From: a candidate division FCPU426 bacterium | GTDB taxonomy: Bacteria > Oederibacteriota > JAAXVQ01 > JAUVAV01 | Reading direction: 5' to 3' | DNA length: 64,000 nt | Assembly (NCBI GenBank): GCA_040756875.1 | Contig: JBFLYH010000001.1 | Location: forward strand, 768,001-832,000 | Shown: piece after piece, positions 62,607 to 64,000 of the stretch | Layout: every line of letters starts with the position of its first letter | Position numbering within the stretch: position 1 is the first letter of the stretch | Notes under the pieces: generated by a model | What the model was told of the DNA's origin: nothing | What the model saw: only the letters and a program-made list of their open reading frames with translations | Database searches by the model: none | Program-made: the position numbers and the translations under genes

Positions 62607-62798
62607 CTCAACCCCCTTCGGCGCCCGTAGCATTCTTCGTTCAAAACAAGGTACCAGGCACCCGGAAATATTGGAATTATAGGCGTTACTATGCGGCTTG
62701 AAAAGGGAAATTCGGGGATATTCAACAATCTTAAAGGGATTCTCAAAAAACGCGGAGTTTCCTCCGCAGGGGCTTTAATACAGATAAGAATAAAGTAC

Positions 62799-62933
62799 TT
62801 AGGGCAGGGCCCTAGCAAAACACCCTAGAACTACTCGCAGCCAAAGCGTTAGTTGAAGTTCGTTATTAAAACTAACCGCAATAAAACAGGCCCAACCTAA
62901 AGTGATTGTTAGGACACGTATTAGTTTGGCCAA
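62799..62933 (-). CDS. Unannotated 44-aa hydrophobic peptide, candidate type I toxin
   Basis: AAGGAGGT 7 nt before TTG; MAKLIRVLTITLGWACFIAVSFNNELQLTLWLRVVLGCFARALP*; embedded in long-range RNA pairing. Confidence 0.55.
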   Translation of the reverse strand: MAKLIRVLTITLGWACFIAVSFNNELQLTLWLRVVLGCFARALP

Positions 62934-63036
62934 GGTCAACACCTCCTTCTTTTCAGAAGCTGGTGTTTTACCAGGGTCATCCTGCCACGCATTAGGCCAT
63001 GCCCTAAATACTTTATCCTCCTTGTTGTATCATTAG

Positions 63037-63077
63037 AAAAAGTCCCCGCGGAGTTTCCTCCACGGGGGCTTTTTAAC
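63037..63077. terminator. Intrinsic terminator-like hairpin
   Basis: AAAAAGTCCCCGCGGAG..CTCCACGGGGGCTTTTT; related hairpins near 62745 and 58349. Confidence 0.65.
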
Positions 63078-63162
63078 CTTACACATCAAACGAGCAATTG
63101 AGCAATTTGACCGCCCCGAGTGGAATGGGATTGATATGCGCCTTCGGCGACCTTGGGGCTCT

Positions 63163-63221
63163 GAATTTAAATTAAAAAAAGCCCCAGGGGGTTTCCCTGG
63201 GGCTTTTTTTAATTTAAATTC
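63163..63221 (-). terminator. rRNA operon terminator
   Basis: GAATTTAAATTAAAAAAAGCCCCAGGG..CCCTGGGGCTTTTTTTAATTTAAATTC immediately after 5S. Confidence 0.85.
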
Positions 63222-63336
63222 CGGCGGCGTCCTACTTTCCCACACAGTTACCCGTGCAGTATCATCGGCTCTGAGGGGCTTAACGACCGTGTTCGGAATG
63301 GGAACGGGTGTGGCCCCCTCGATATGGCCACCGGAA
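63219..63336 (-). rRNA. rrf: 5S ribosomal RNA
   Basis: Minus strand TTCCGGTGGCCATATCGAGGGGGCCACACCCGTTCCCATTCCGAACACGG..GGGAAAGTAGGACGCCGCCGGAA. Confidence 0.97.
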
Positions 63337-63463
63337 AGCGTTGGCTTCGCAAATTGTTCCAATCCCCATACCGGCGGATTGGACTTTCGGACATAATGAG
63401 AGCTGTATTTTCGAGCTGAGAAGGCAGAATGACAAACGACCATATGCTTTACAGCCAAATAAT

Positions 63464-64000
<537 letters not shown>

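Overview
Bacterial chromosomal window from a diderm organism (OmpA lipoprotein, PorV-like barrel, T9SS-CTD-like proteins). The lineage cannot be assigned from inspection; the protein style suggests a poorly cultured phylum, and the 23S fragment would settle it. (1) 1-19114 is the 3' part of a giant gene (at least 6363 aa; the frame is open to the window edge). It strings recognisable enzyme modules between transmembrane hairpins: class-3 FBPase-like metallophosphoesterase, two atypical kinases, fungal-type GT4 trehalose phosphorylase/synthase, GT35 alpha-glucan phosphorylase, a degenerate histidine kinase and duplicated GAF-like units. It also has candidate processing features: a CPBP-like protease block, two HExxE zincin-like repeats and an internal prepilin-cleavage motif. 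(2) A XerCD dif-like site at 19911-19938 lies where gene orientation switches. (3) 20-58 kb holds mostly ordinary genes: argJ, thrS, pssA, psd, YebC family, PilZ proteins, two 7TM-GAF histidine kinases, glnS, methyltransferases, OmpA, a PorV-TPR/T9SS-like cargo pair, MFS and others. (4) 58.3-63.2 kb is an AT-rich hotspot behind a minus-strand rRNA operon. It contains several duplicated 5S rRNA 3' ends broken at essentially the same position, REP/REPIN-like repeats, an ISNCY/IS1202-like transposase remnant, a NYN nuclease and an unannotated 44-aa hydrophobic ORF in a type-I-toxin-like mRNA fold. (5) 5S rRNA and the 3' end of 23S rRNA. All family calls are by motif recognition; no searches were run.
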